From an uncultured Oxalobacteraceae bacterium (GTDB lineage Bacteria > Pseudomonadota > Gammaproteobacteria > Burkholderiales > Burkholderiaceae_D): a stretch of 64,000 nt of DNA. Where the stretch lies: the NCBI GenBank assembly GCA_903914535.1, contig CAIWPG010000277.1, positions 393-64,392 of the forward strand, read 5' to 3'. Below, one piece after another: positions 24,407 to 33,361 of this stretch; the stretch's first letter is position 1, and each line of letters starts with the position of its first letter. Made by a program: the position numbers and the translations under genes. Below the pieces are notes generated by a model. It saw only the letters and a list, made by a program, of their open reading frames with translations. It was not told the DNA's origin and made no database searches.

Positions 24407-25111
24407 TTAAACACCTAACAGCGCGGTTAGTACCGGCATTTTTTCTGGTAATTGTGATGCGGTAAAATTTTCTACAATTTGACCATGCTCTACTACATAA
24501 AACCGATCTGCCAGCGGTGCTGCAAAACGGAAATTTTGTTCCACCATAACGATGGTATAACCATTCGCTTTTAATGTTTTAATCATGCGTGCCAGTGCCT
24601 GTACAATCACGGGAGCCAGTCCTTCTGAAATTTCATCCAGCAATAATAGCTTTGCACCGGTACGTAAAATCCGGGCCACAGCCAGCATTTGCTGTTCACC
24701 ACCGGATAAACGTGTTCCCTGACTATGCTCACGTTCTTTTAAGTTAGGGAACATCGCGTAAATTGCCTCTACTGACATCCCTGCCCCCATTCCGGATATG
24801 GAAGGTGGCAAAAGCAAATTTTCTTTAGCTGACAGAGAAGAAAAAATTGCGCGCTCTTCCGGGCAATACCCGACCCCAAGATGAGCAATTTTATGTGTAG
24901 CCAGATGACTGGTTTCAATGCCATTGATTAAAACAGAACCCTGACGCTGACCAACCAATCCCATGATAGCGCGTAACGTAGTGGTACGACCCGCACCATT
25001 ACGTCCAAGGAGGGTCACTACCTCACCCTGCTCTACAGACAGATCAAGATGATGAAGAATATGAGATTCTCCGTACCAGGCGTGTAAGCCTTTAATTTCC
25101 AGGGCCTTCAT
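24407..25111 (-). CDS. livF: ABC ATPase (LivF family)
   Basis: GRNGAGRTT, LSGGEQQMLA, LLDE. Confidence 0.92.
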   Translation of the reverse strand: MKALEIKGLHAWYGESHILHHLDLSVEQGEVVTLLGRNGAGRTTTLRAIMGLVGQRQGSVLINGIETSHLATHKIAHLGVGYCPEERAIFSSLSAKENLLLPPSISGMGAGMSVEAIYAMFPNLKEREHSQGTRLSGGEQQMLAVARILRTGAKLLLLDEISEGLAPVIVQALARMIKTLKANGYTIVMVEQNFRFAAPLADRFYVVEHGQIVENFTASQLPEKMPVLTALLGV

Positions 25112-25881
25112 ATGTGAGTTCCCTGATAATTATTTTCTGTGCTCCCCATATAGGCTTCAATAACATCGGGATTGCCTGAAACCTGTGCATAGCTTCCCTC
25201 AGCCAGTAATGCTCCATGCTGTAACACTGTAATTTTGTCGCAAATTCCGGCAACCACATGCATATTGTGTTCGACCATTAAGATGGTACGTCCTGCTGAC
25301 ACTTTTTTAATAAGCGCAGTAATCCGGCTGACATCTTCATGCCCCATACCTTGCGTAGGTTCATCCAATAGCATGAGCTCCGGCTCCATACTAAGAGTGC
25401 TTGCAATTTCCAGAGCACGTTTACGTCCGTAAGGTAAATCAACCGTACGCATATCAGCAAATTCTGCAAGATCTACCTGTTCAAGCAAAAAAAAAGCCTG
25501 ATCATTTAAGTGACGTAAACTTACTGAATTTTTCCAAAAATGAAATGAAGTTCCAAGCTTACGCTGCAAGCCAATGCGTACATTTTCCAATACCGTCATA
25601 TGAGGAAAAACTGCCGAAATCTGAAATGAACGAATAATACCCATGCACGCAATTTGTGCCGGCTTTGCAGTTGTAATATCACGCCCATTAAAAATAATCT
25701 GACCTGAACTTGGCACTAAAAACTTACTTAGCAAATTAAAACACGTCGTTTTCCCTGCTCCGTTAGGCCCGATCAGTGCATGAATATGCCCGCGCTCAAT
25801 TGCCAGATTAACGTCACTCACTGCCTTAAAACCGTTAAATTCTTTACAAAGATACTTAGTCTCAAGAATGATGTCGTTCAT
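25108..25881 (-). CDS. livG: ABC ATPase (LivG family)
   Basis: GPNGAGKTT, LPYGRKR, LLDEP; start ATG 25881 with GGAGA SD. Confidence 0.92.
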   Translation of the reverse strand: MNDIILETKYLCKEFNGFKAVSDVNLAIERGHIHALIGPNGAGKTTCFNLLSKFLVPSSGQIIFNGRDITTAKPAQIACMGIIRSFQISAVFPHMTVLENVRIGLQRKLGTSFHFWKNSVSLRHLNDQAFFLLEQVDLAEFADMRTVDLPYGRKRALEIASTLSMEPELMLLDEPTQGMGHEDVSRITALIKKVSAGRTILMVEHNMHVVAGICDKITVLQHGALLAEGSYAQVSGNPDVIEAYMGSTENNYQGTHI

Positions 25882-26297
25882 TCGGTCTCCTGTCACAATA
25901 TTGTTATATTAGTAATATATAATCTACATAGTAATCATTTCAGTTATTGTGAATGAAAGTATGAATTTCTAGCACAATTACATGCAAATAAATTAAAAAA
26001 TAAATATTTAAAAAACTACTCAAATTAGTTATATTCCCTATATAATTAATTTTCTCTGAGGCAATTAAAGTTTATTTGAGTTAACTAAATATATATCCAT
26101 TATCGGATGTACGAAATAGAGAAAATTAGGAAATAAAGATATTCAATTCGGGAAGGAACTTAACTAAACAACAAACACGGCTAACAAATAAGACAAATGT
26201 ATAAGTGAATATTTAATTTGATTTAATGTAAAAATAAATTTCCACAAAGAAATTTAGCATTGTATAATGCAGTACGGCAACATTTTAAAGGGATGAC

Positions 26298-26438
26298 ATG
26301 AACCTTCTACTTAATGTAATTGCTCTAATTTTTTTATTATTAATAATCGGTGCAATTAGCGCTACGTCAAAAAATGGCGAGCAAACAAAGCGTCGTCGTA
26401 GTGTACTTAAAGAACCATTACCAATGAATAAGCATTAA
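26298..26438 (+). CDS. Putative 46-aa single-TM small protein
   Basis: MNLLLNVIALIFLLLIIGAISATSKNGEQTKRRRSVLKEPLPMNKH; AAAGGGA SD; TATAAT at 26263-26268. Confidence 0.45.
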   Translation: MNLLLNVIALIFLLLIIGAISATSKNGEQTKRRRSVLKEPLPMNKH

Positions 26439-26583
26439 TATTTACCGTTTATAGTTGTAAATTGATTTTTAATAAGCATTTAAATTAACGATCTTGGTTA
26501 ATTAAAGTATGTGGCTAAAAGTTAAAACAATTAACCACACATAAGTTAATCACCGTTGCCAGTAATCAAGTTAGTGTTTCAAT

Positions 26584-26604
26584 AAAAAAGTCTCTGACAG
26601 AGAC
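26584..26604 (-). terminator. Intrinsic terminator-like hairpin on the minus strand
   Basis: GTCTCT-GTC-AGAGAC followed by TTTTTT. Confidence 0.5.
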
Positions 26605-26867
26605 GCGATCAAGAGGGGGATTTACTCCCCTCAATACCTTTTCATCTCCCTGACTCCCCCTCTCCTGCATTAAATCTGTTTTGTACAAAACAGCTAACTA
26701 CTTTTAATTACGAACAATTAGTAATTAAAATCATCTATTTATACCTATGTATTTCAATTTTAATTTTTTATCTATTTTTTATTTTTACTGAAAATTAAGA
26801 TCACAGCCATCATAAACAGCATTGGTATGCCAGCTATCCTAATGTGACACTTCTTCTTCAAATCCAC

Positions 26868-26876
26868 TTATCCACA
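26868..26876 (+). promoter_or_regulatory. DnaA box left of the origin units
   Basis: Perfect TTATCCACA. Confidence 0.75.
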
Positions 26877-27020
26877 ATCAATTATTTCTTCATCATCCTG
26901 CATCGTCATGACAAAGCACATCTCAATATAACAATTCTCAAAATAAATAACAGAGAAAAATAAATTGTTCTCTCTGTTTTTAATAAGCCTGTTTTTTAAT
27001 AAAAATTTATTAAAAAACAG

Positions 27021-27250
27021 TGTGGATAAGTTTTTGCATATACAGCGGATAGTTTGTGAAGAACTGATTAATTCATTTAGTCCAATTTATTTATCCCCTA
27101 TGTGTGCTTCCTTATTACACCTTTTATAATTAACTTATTACATTAGATAACATACTGATTTTAAATAAAAAAAATGGCTTATCCACAATCAGATGCTACT
27201 GTTAACAACTATTACTATATGTACTTATACTAATTAATAAAATAAATAAA
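27021..27250. other. oriC: oriC unit 1
   Basis: TGTGGATAA 27021, weak boxes 27044 and 27055, TTATCCCCT 27091, IHF-like site ~27148-27160, TTATCCACA 27179, then trio-like CTACTGTTAACAACTATTACTA and AT-rich DUE. Confidence 0.8.
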
Positions 27251-27348
27251 AATGATGAAGTTCAATTTTTTTAAATCGTGTCGGACCAATAAATTAATTA
27301 AAAAATAGTTTTTAAATTAATTATTTAAAAAAATGGTTTTAAAACGAT

Positions 27349-27580
27349 TGTGGATAACTTTAGGAATAGCGGTGGGATGAATTGGGAAGAAGTCGCTTAA
27401 TAATGACAAAGCATTTTTTTATCCACTATTTGTAATAACAAATACCTGTATAAATACGAGCCGTTATCTTTACTCTATCTTATTGATTTAATTAAGAATA
27501 ATGTAGTTATCCACAATGATATCGACGTTTACTATTATTACTAATCTTATATATATACTTATTAAATAAAAAGTGAACCT
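27349..27580. other. oriC: oriC unit 2
   Basis: TGTGGATAA 27349, weak boxes 27372 and 27383, TTATCCACT 27419, IHF-like site ~27476-27488, TTATCCACA 27507, then trio-like TTACTATTATTACTA and AT-rich DUE. Strand bias and gene orientation switch nearby. Confidence 0.85.
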
Positions 27581-28738
27581 TTTCATTTCTCACTTCTTTA
27601 TTATCAAAAATAAACTTTAATTATTTAATTAATAAATCTATTGAGTTATTTAAAAAATGATTTTTTTTAGCGTTAATTCAATCTGAATCCTTAATAACGA
27701 AGACAAGGCCAGCAAATTAATAGCAAGTGATTTTAAAAAATGGACATTTTTAACTTAAACATAAATATGAAAATAGCAAATACAAACACATAAAAATATA
27801 AAAAAGATATCAAAATCCATTTTTTAACTACTGAGTGCATCGCTCAGAACGCGCCAGGACGCGTTTTATAACAAAATGCACCTTCAGTGCGATAAGTCCT
27901 TTAAAACCCCGTCAACGGCTTTAGGATCAATATATGAGGTGCTTGCAAGAGGAATAGTGCAACAGGGGGTATGCAAAAAGAAAGCTGTGCATAACTATAT
28001 ACTGGGTGGGGTATGCTTTATTGGTGGTTTAATATAAAAAATAATGTATTTTTTATATTTGTTGTTAATCTATTATTTTCGGGTAAATAATATGGTGCTA
28101 GTGTTAATGTTCATGAGTGGCAAGGCAGTGAAAGACCAATTTGTCCGAAACGAGGAATAAGGCGCGCTACGCTGTTTAAAATTTGTTTTGTTATCTGGGT
28201 GTGGATTGCCTGTTATTTTGTTGTGAGGTGGCCTTTTTAAGGGAGTTCAGGGCTGTTTTTGCGGCTGGCGTAACTCTGGCAAGAGGTGATTTGTCCGGCT
28301 GCTTTGGTGAGTGTCTGGAAAATGTATGGGTGTAATTTTTTTATTATTAAAAAAATAATGAATTGGCGGGAGCGGTAATTTTGTGCCGATGGGGGGAATG
28401 CTGATATTTCTCGTTTTGAACTTGCTTGTCTGATTTTTTAATGGTTGAGTAAAAAAGAAAAAATGAATTTCCTGGGTGCTTATGTAAATTCAGCTGCGCT
28501 TGTTTTTTTTGAGGGCATTTTTTTTCTTATAAAAAAACTGTTTTTAATGTTATTTGCCGATCTGATTTATTTTCTTGCGCCTTTTTTTGCTTATTATTTA
28601 TTTGTATAACGTAATAGCTATAACGATAAGGCGAATGTCATCCGATTTATTTTTAGGACAGTTAAAATTTTGCTGTGAAAAAAAATAATGATGAGGTAAT
28701 TGATGTTTTAATTGATGTTTTAATGTAAAAGAGTTCTT

Positions 28739-29197
28739 ATGCTCGACAAAATCAGTAAAAGAATATTGGCCGAATTACAAAATGATGGCCGCATTAGCAA
28801 CGTTGAATTGGCAAACAGAGTCAATTTATCTCCTGCTGCCTGTCTTGAGCGAGTACGGAAGCTACAGGAATCCGGCTACATCATGGGATATACCGCACAG
28901 TTAAATCCACATTTGCTGGATGTGGCTTTGCTGGTATTTATTGAGGTTGTTTTAGACAGAACAACTCCGGATGTTTTTGATGCATTTAAGCGGGGTGTAC
29001 AAGCTATTCCTGAGATACTGGAATGCCACATGGTGGCTGGCGGGTTTGATTATCTGGTAAAAGCACGGGTTAAGGATATGAATGCATATCGTGATTTTTT
29101 GGGTAAATCATTATTGCAACTGGGTGGTGTACGTGAAACGCACACTTATGCAGTAATGGAAGAAGTTAAAAACACGACGCATTTGCCAATCAAGTGA
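28739..29197 (+). CDS. Lrp/AsnC family transcriptional regulator
   Basis: LQNDGRISNVELA..VNLSP..CLERV; ECHMVAGGFDYL; ETHTYAVMEEVK. Confidence 0.95.
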   Translation: MLDKISKRILAELQNDGRISNVELANRVNLSPAACLERVRKLQESGYIMGYTAQLNPHLLDVALLVFIEVVLDRTTPDVFDAFKRGVQAIPEILECHMVAGGFDYLVKARVKDMNAYRDFLGKSLLQLGGVRETHTYAVMEEVKNTTHLPIK

Positions 29198-29230
29198 AAC
29201 AGAAAGACAAATAAAACAAACTGGTTACGC

Positions 29231-29253
29231 CACCGTGCGCAGATAGCACGGTG
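29231..29253. terminator. Hairpin between the convergent Lrp and LysR genes
   Basis: CACCGTGC-N7-GCACGGTG. Confidence 0.55.
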
Positions 29254-29323
29254 CGTGATGCTGTTGTGCTTAGTTTTGTTACAGGGCTGGCGTTTTATCT
29301 GAATTTTTTCTCCGGAACTTCAA

Positions 29324-30304
29324 TTAAACCAACGCACTCTGATTTTCGAATTCATGATTATCGGATGAGAAGGTTTTATCAACCAGTTCGATCAGATTGT
29401 CACGCAGCCATTTATGGGCCGGGTTGCGCGCTTCGCGTTCATGCCACAGCATATCGACGTTAACGGCCGGTGTGGCAAACGGAAGTTCTTTCCATACCAG
29501 TTGATCTGCCATCCCGGTTGATGAGATCAGGTGATGAGGTAAGACAGTAAGCAAATCAGAATTAGCAACAACACGTCCGGCAGTAAAAAATTGATTCACA
29601 GTGAGTAAAATACGTCTTTGTAATTGCATATGAGCCAAAATTTCATCAATTAAACCATGCGCACGTCCTGAAAAACTGACCAGTAAATGATGGGCACTAC
29701 AATACGAATCGATAGTCAGCTGACCTGTACTTAACGGGTGATCTTTACGCATTACGCAAACATAACGTCCGGAGTACAAGCTGCTGTGACAGATTGCGGT
29801 GCCGGCAGAACTTTGTCCGCCCGTTAACTGAGAAACTACTCCCGGAAAAAAACCGACCGCGATATCAATATCGCCATGCATTAGCATATTGCGCGGGTCA
29901 CGGGTAACCAGTGGCATCATCCGGGCATTAAATCCCGGGGCACTTTGTTCTATAGTTCTTACCAGATATGGCATCCAGTAGGCAGCGGTTGCATCTGCCA
30001 TTGCCATACGAAATGAAGCCGTTGCCTGCGACGGGTCAAATGTCGGCGGAGCGATAGACGCTTCCAGGCTACTTAATGCTGAACGGATGGCCGGCCATAC
30101 ATTTTCAGCACGTGGCGTCGGTTTGACACCATACGCCGTACGAATAAGCAATTCATCATTAAATGCGTGACGCAGGCGTTTTAGTGCATTTGAAACAGCG
30201 GGTTGCGTCATCGCTAACTTACTTGCTGCGCGTGTCAGATTTTGCTCAATCATCACGGCATCAAATACACGTAACAGATTCAAATCTAATGTTAAAAAAT
30301 TCAT
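29324..30304 (-). CDS. LysR family regulator
   Basis: LDLNLLRVFDAV...TQPAVSNALKRLR; PAHKWLR; start ATG 30304. Confidence 0.95.
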   Translation of the reverse strand: MNFLTLDLNLLRVFDAVMIEQNLTRAASKLAMTQPAVSNALKRLRHAFNDELLIRTAYGVKPTPRAENVWPAIRSALSSLEASIAPPTFDPSQATASFRMAMADATAAYWMPYLVRTIEQSAPGFNARMMPLVTRDPRNMLMHGDIDIAVGFFPGVVSQLTGGQSSAGTAICHSSLYSGRYVCVMRKDHPLSTGQLTIDSYCSAHHLLVSFSGRAHGLIDEILAHMQLQRRILLTVNQFFTAGRVVANSDLLTVLPHHLISSTGMADQLVWKELPFATPAVNVDMLWHEREARNPAHKWLRDNLIELVDKTFSSDNHEFENQSALV

Positions 30305-30463
30305 AAAGCACTCCAAAGCTAACGTTATAACTGCCACTTTCACAATAAGGCATATTATTCATTAATAATATAACAGATATGGAGAAATGAAATTAGATCT
30401 ATATATTGCACTGCAATATACTACCACAATTAGTATATTGCGATTCAGTTTTGGGGATGGTTG

Positions 30464-30679
30464 ATGTCTTTTTTAGTTTTAGTAGCACACTTGTTAATTT
30501 CTGGTTTTAGTTCGGTCGTTAATGTTTCTGTACCATCGTTTCGGTCACTTATTGCAATTGTAATTTGCTTCTCTTTTTATCTTATTTTCAGGCCAATCTT
30601 GTTTGGTTTATTTCATGCTACTTTGTTATTTTTCAAACAGAGTCTCCGACGTGAACAACAGGCAGATAAAATACTGTAA
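30464..30679 (+). CDS. Small hydrophobic hypothetical protein divergent from the LysR gene
   Basis: GGGGA SD, hydrophobic body with a charged C-terminus; stop is 7 nt before the next ORF. Confidence 0.5.
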   Translation: MSFLVLVAHLLISGFSSVVNVSVPSFRSLIAIVICFSFYLIFRPILFGLFHATLLFFKQSLRREQQADKIL

Positions 30680-30686
30680 CTGAGCC

Positions 30687-30959
30687 ATGTTAAGAAATTA
30701 CCCAATCCAACCTAATCTCCGGCAAATTTTGAGTACATCAAAAAGTCTGCCTTTGATGTTGCTCCCATTATTGTTAAGTACTGTTACCAGCCTGTTTATG
30801 AGCGGTTTATTGCGTGTGATGGAAAATGAATCACACGATTATTTAGGCGTTACCTGGCTGGAAGCCTGGCTGACGTCGTGGGCAATTTTATTTCCTATTG
30901 CTTATATATTGTTACTTCTGATACAAAAAATAACCGATTACCTGAAAAAAAATCCGTAA
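30687..30959 (+). CDS. DUF2798-like two-TM small membrane protein
   Basis: LLSTVTSLFMSG and WLEAWLTSWAILFPIA patterns. Confidence 0.7.
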   Translation: MLRNYPIQPNLRQILSTSKSLPLMLLPLLLSTVTSLFMSGLLRVMENESHDYLGVTWLEAWLTSWAILFPIAYILLLLIQKITDYLKKNP

Positions 30960-30994
30960 TATCAGGCTGTTGTTTTTGTATGAGTTGAAGTTCA

Positions 30995-31059
30995 TTTTCC
31001 GATTGTCTCCCCTTCCTGCTGAAGATCTCAACCCCCGCCTTGATTGCGGGGTTTTTTTT
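30995..31059 (+). ncRNA. Candidate anti-SD small RNA ending in an intrinsic terminator
   Basis: UUGUCUCCCC followed by CCCCGC-N7-GCGGGG and U8; layout resembles betaproteobacterial 'toxic sRNA'/suhB-type RNAs. 5' end is a guess. Confidence 0.45.
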
Positions 31060-31146
31060 GTCCGGCGCTCTGTTAAATATCCGCTAAAAAATAAAGAAAA
31101 TACCTATAGAATAGGCGGGTTCATTGTTACCAATACCATTAAAAAA

Positions 31147-33216
31147 GTGAGAAAAAAACTTAACAATTATATTTATGATATTCGGGTTTTCCTGATTATA
31201 TTTGCTTTGTTTTTAATCACTTATGTGTGGGTAACTACTTTTTTGCAATTACAGGATGCACGTACGACAACGCTGTCAATTGCGCAGCAAAATGCAGTTA
31301 ATTTTGCCCGTACCTTTCAGGAACACTCTGAAAAAACATTCGAATCGGCTGATCAGGCAGTTTTGTTTATTGGAGATAAGTATCTTAATCTTGGGAAGTC
31401 TTTCGATATTCCCAGGTATTTAAAAGACGGCATCATTTTAGGTGATATTTTTAATCTGGTTTCTATTGTTGATGAGCATGGCGATCTGGTTTTATCAACT
31501 CAGCCATTTACCAGGATTAATTTGATGGACAGAGAGCACGTTAAGGTGCATCTGACTCAAAACAAGCATCAGCTGTATATCAGCAAGCCTGTGCTTGGCC
31601 GTGTATCGGGAAAATGGTCAATGCAATTGACCCGGCGTATAAATCATGCGGATGGCAGTTTTGCCGGCGTGGTGATTGTTTCTATGGATCCGTTTTATTT
31701 TACCCGTTTATACCGTGATATTGGCTTAGGTAAACGTGGTGTGATTACCTTACTTGGTGATGACGGTATTGTCCGGGCACGATTTACTGCCGGTGAACGT
31801 ATGGATACCGGACAAGATGTAACCAAGGGCAAATTGTTTAGCTACATTAAGCAATCCAAGAATGGCGTTGCACTAAGTGAAAGCATTATTGATGGTGTTC
31901 CGCGACTTTATGCTTACCGTAGCCTGGAGCATTATCCCTTGTCTGTTTCAGTTGGTTTTGATGTCGAAGAAATTTTAGAACCGTATTATGAAAATCGCCG
32001 GCAATCATATCAACTTGCGGCATTAACTACTTTGGTTATTCTGGTGTTTTCCAGCTTAATTTTGTTTTTCGTGCGCCGGTTAATACAAAGCCATGAAGCG
32101 GCAATAAGCGCCAATATAGTGAAATCGCAATTGCTGGCGGATTTGGATAGTCAGCAACAGGCATTACGCGATTCAACTGAAAGTCTGGATGCAATTTTGC
32201 AGAATGCAGCAGATGCAATTATCACTATCGGCGAACTCAATCAAATTGAATCATTTAATAATGCTGCCGAATTTATCTTTAAATATAACCGGGAGGAAGT
32301 GTTGGGACGGTCAATTTATTGTCTGTTGCCGGGTGAAGAGCATATTCATTTTGATAAAATTCGGGAAAGCGTACTGGTGGAAACACAAGCACAGCTGGAA
32401 AGTGTGGGATTTTCCCATGATATGACTGAATTTCCAATGGAGCTATCATTAAGTGCGGTTAGTTTACGGGGAAAAAATAAATTAATTGCTGTGATTCGGG
32501 ATATTACTGAGCGAAAAAAAATCGAGAAAATGCAAAAAGAGTTTATTGCGAATGTCAGTCACGAATTACGTACACCGCTGACATCGATTCGCGGTGCATT
32601 AGGCCTTCTCAGAGGGGGGGCGGTAGGGGCAGTCACATCACAGGCCAGTCAACTGATTCACATGGCTTATAACAGTAGTGAACGCTTAACCATATTAATT
32701 AATGACTTACTGGATTTACAGAAAATCGATGCCGGAAAATTGGAGTTCAACTGCACTAAGCATTCATTGATGTTTTTATTGCACGACACAATAAAGGTCA
32801 GTTTGCCATTTGCTAATATGTTTAATGTGCAATTAATTTTAAAAGAACCGCTTCCGCTCGTTTTTGTTAATGTAGATCCGAACCGGTGGCAGCAAATCAT
32901 GGCAAATCTGATTTCAAATGCGTGTAAATATTCACCACCTCACGGCAATGTAATTGTCTCTGCTGAGCTTGTTAATGCCACCCGGATCCGGGTGGAAGTT
33001 TGTGACCAGGGGGAAGGTGTTCCCGCTGAATTCAGATCCCGTATTTTTCAGCGGTTCGCCCAGGCGGACAGTTCGGATACCAAAGTACAAAAAGGAACAG
33101 GGCTGGGACTTTCCATTGCAAAAAAATTAATTGAAGCAATGAATGGAAGTATAGATTACCGGTCTGAATGGGGGAACGGCAGTACCTTTTATGTGGAGTT
33201 ACCTATCATTCGTTGA
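31147..33216 (+). CDS. Sensor histidine kinase (Cache-like periplasmic domain, PAS, HisKA, HATPase)
   Basis: YISKPVLGRVSGKWS (Cache), SHELRTPLTSI H-box, NLISNACKY, DQGEG, GTGLGLSI. Start moved to GTG 31147 because the longer ORF spans a terminator. Confidence 0.92.
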   Translation: MRKKLNNYIYDIRVFLIIFALFLITYVWVTTFLQLQDARTTTLSIAQQNAVNFARTFQEHSEKTFESADQAVLFIGDKYLNLGKSFDIPRYLKDGIILGDIFNLVSIVDEHGDLVLSTQPFTRINLMDREHVKVHLTQNKHQLYISKPVLGRVSGKWSMQLTRRINHADGSFAGVVIVSMDPFYFTRLYRDIGLGKRGVITLLGDDGIVRARFTAGERMDTGQDVTKGKLFSYIKQSKNGVALSESIIDGVPRLYAYRSLEHYPLSVSVGFDVEEILEPYYENRRQSYQLAALTTLVILVFSSLILFFVRRLIQSHEAAISANIVKSQLLADLDSQQQALRDSTESLDAILQNAADAIITIGELNQIESFNNAAEFIFKYNREEVLGRSIYCLLPGEEHIHFDKIRESVLVETQAQLESVGFSHDMTEFPMELSLSAVSLRGKNKLIAVIRDITERKKIEKMQKEFIANVSHELRTPLTSIRGALGLLRGGAVGAVTSQASQLIHMAYNSSERLTILINDLLDLQKIDAGKLEFNCTKHSLMFLLHDTIKVSLPFANMFNVQLILKEPLPLVFVNVDPNRWQQIMANLISNACKYSPPHGNVIVSAELVNATRIRVEVCDQGEGVPAEFRSRIFQRFAQADSSDTKVQKGTGLGLSIAKKLIEAMNGSIDYRSEWGNGSTFYVELPIIR

Positions 33217-33361
33217 TTCAGGAAATAATAGAAAACGATGAGTTATGTATTAAAAATACGTGATTTTATCTGCAGTAAGGAGAATATAACGGCTTTATCC
33301 GTGCTGGTGTAATTGAGCCCGCTATAAGGGGATGATGGCAGGCCAGGCGGATCATATTTAG

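Noticed and set aside
26700-26900. Third oriC unit ending at the 26868 DnaA box
   Set aside because: No opposing box 158 bp upstream and no matching IHF site; treated as a lone box.
20333-27843. Shared 12-mer TGAGTGCATCGC near 20333 and 27832
   Set aside because: One short match with no further context; compatible with chance.
25900-28700. CRISPR array, iterons or a foreign AT-rich island
   Set aside because: No repeat-spacer array or iteron series; low GC is explained by oriC.
30970-31146. N-terminal extension of the histidine kinase
   Set aside because: Runs through an intrinsic terminator; a later start is more plausible.
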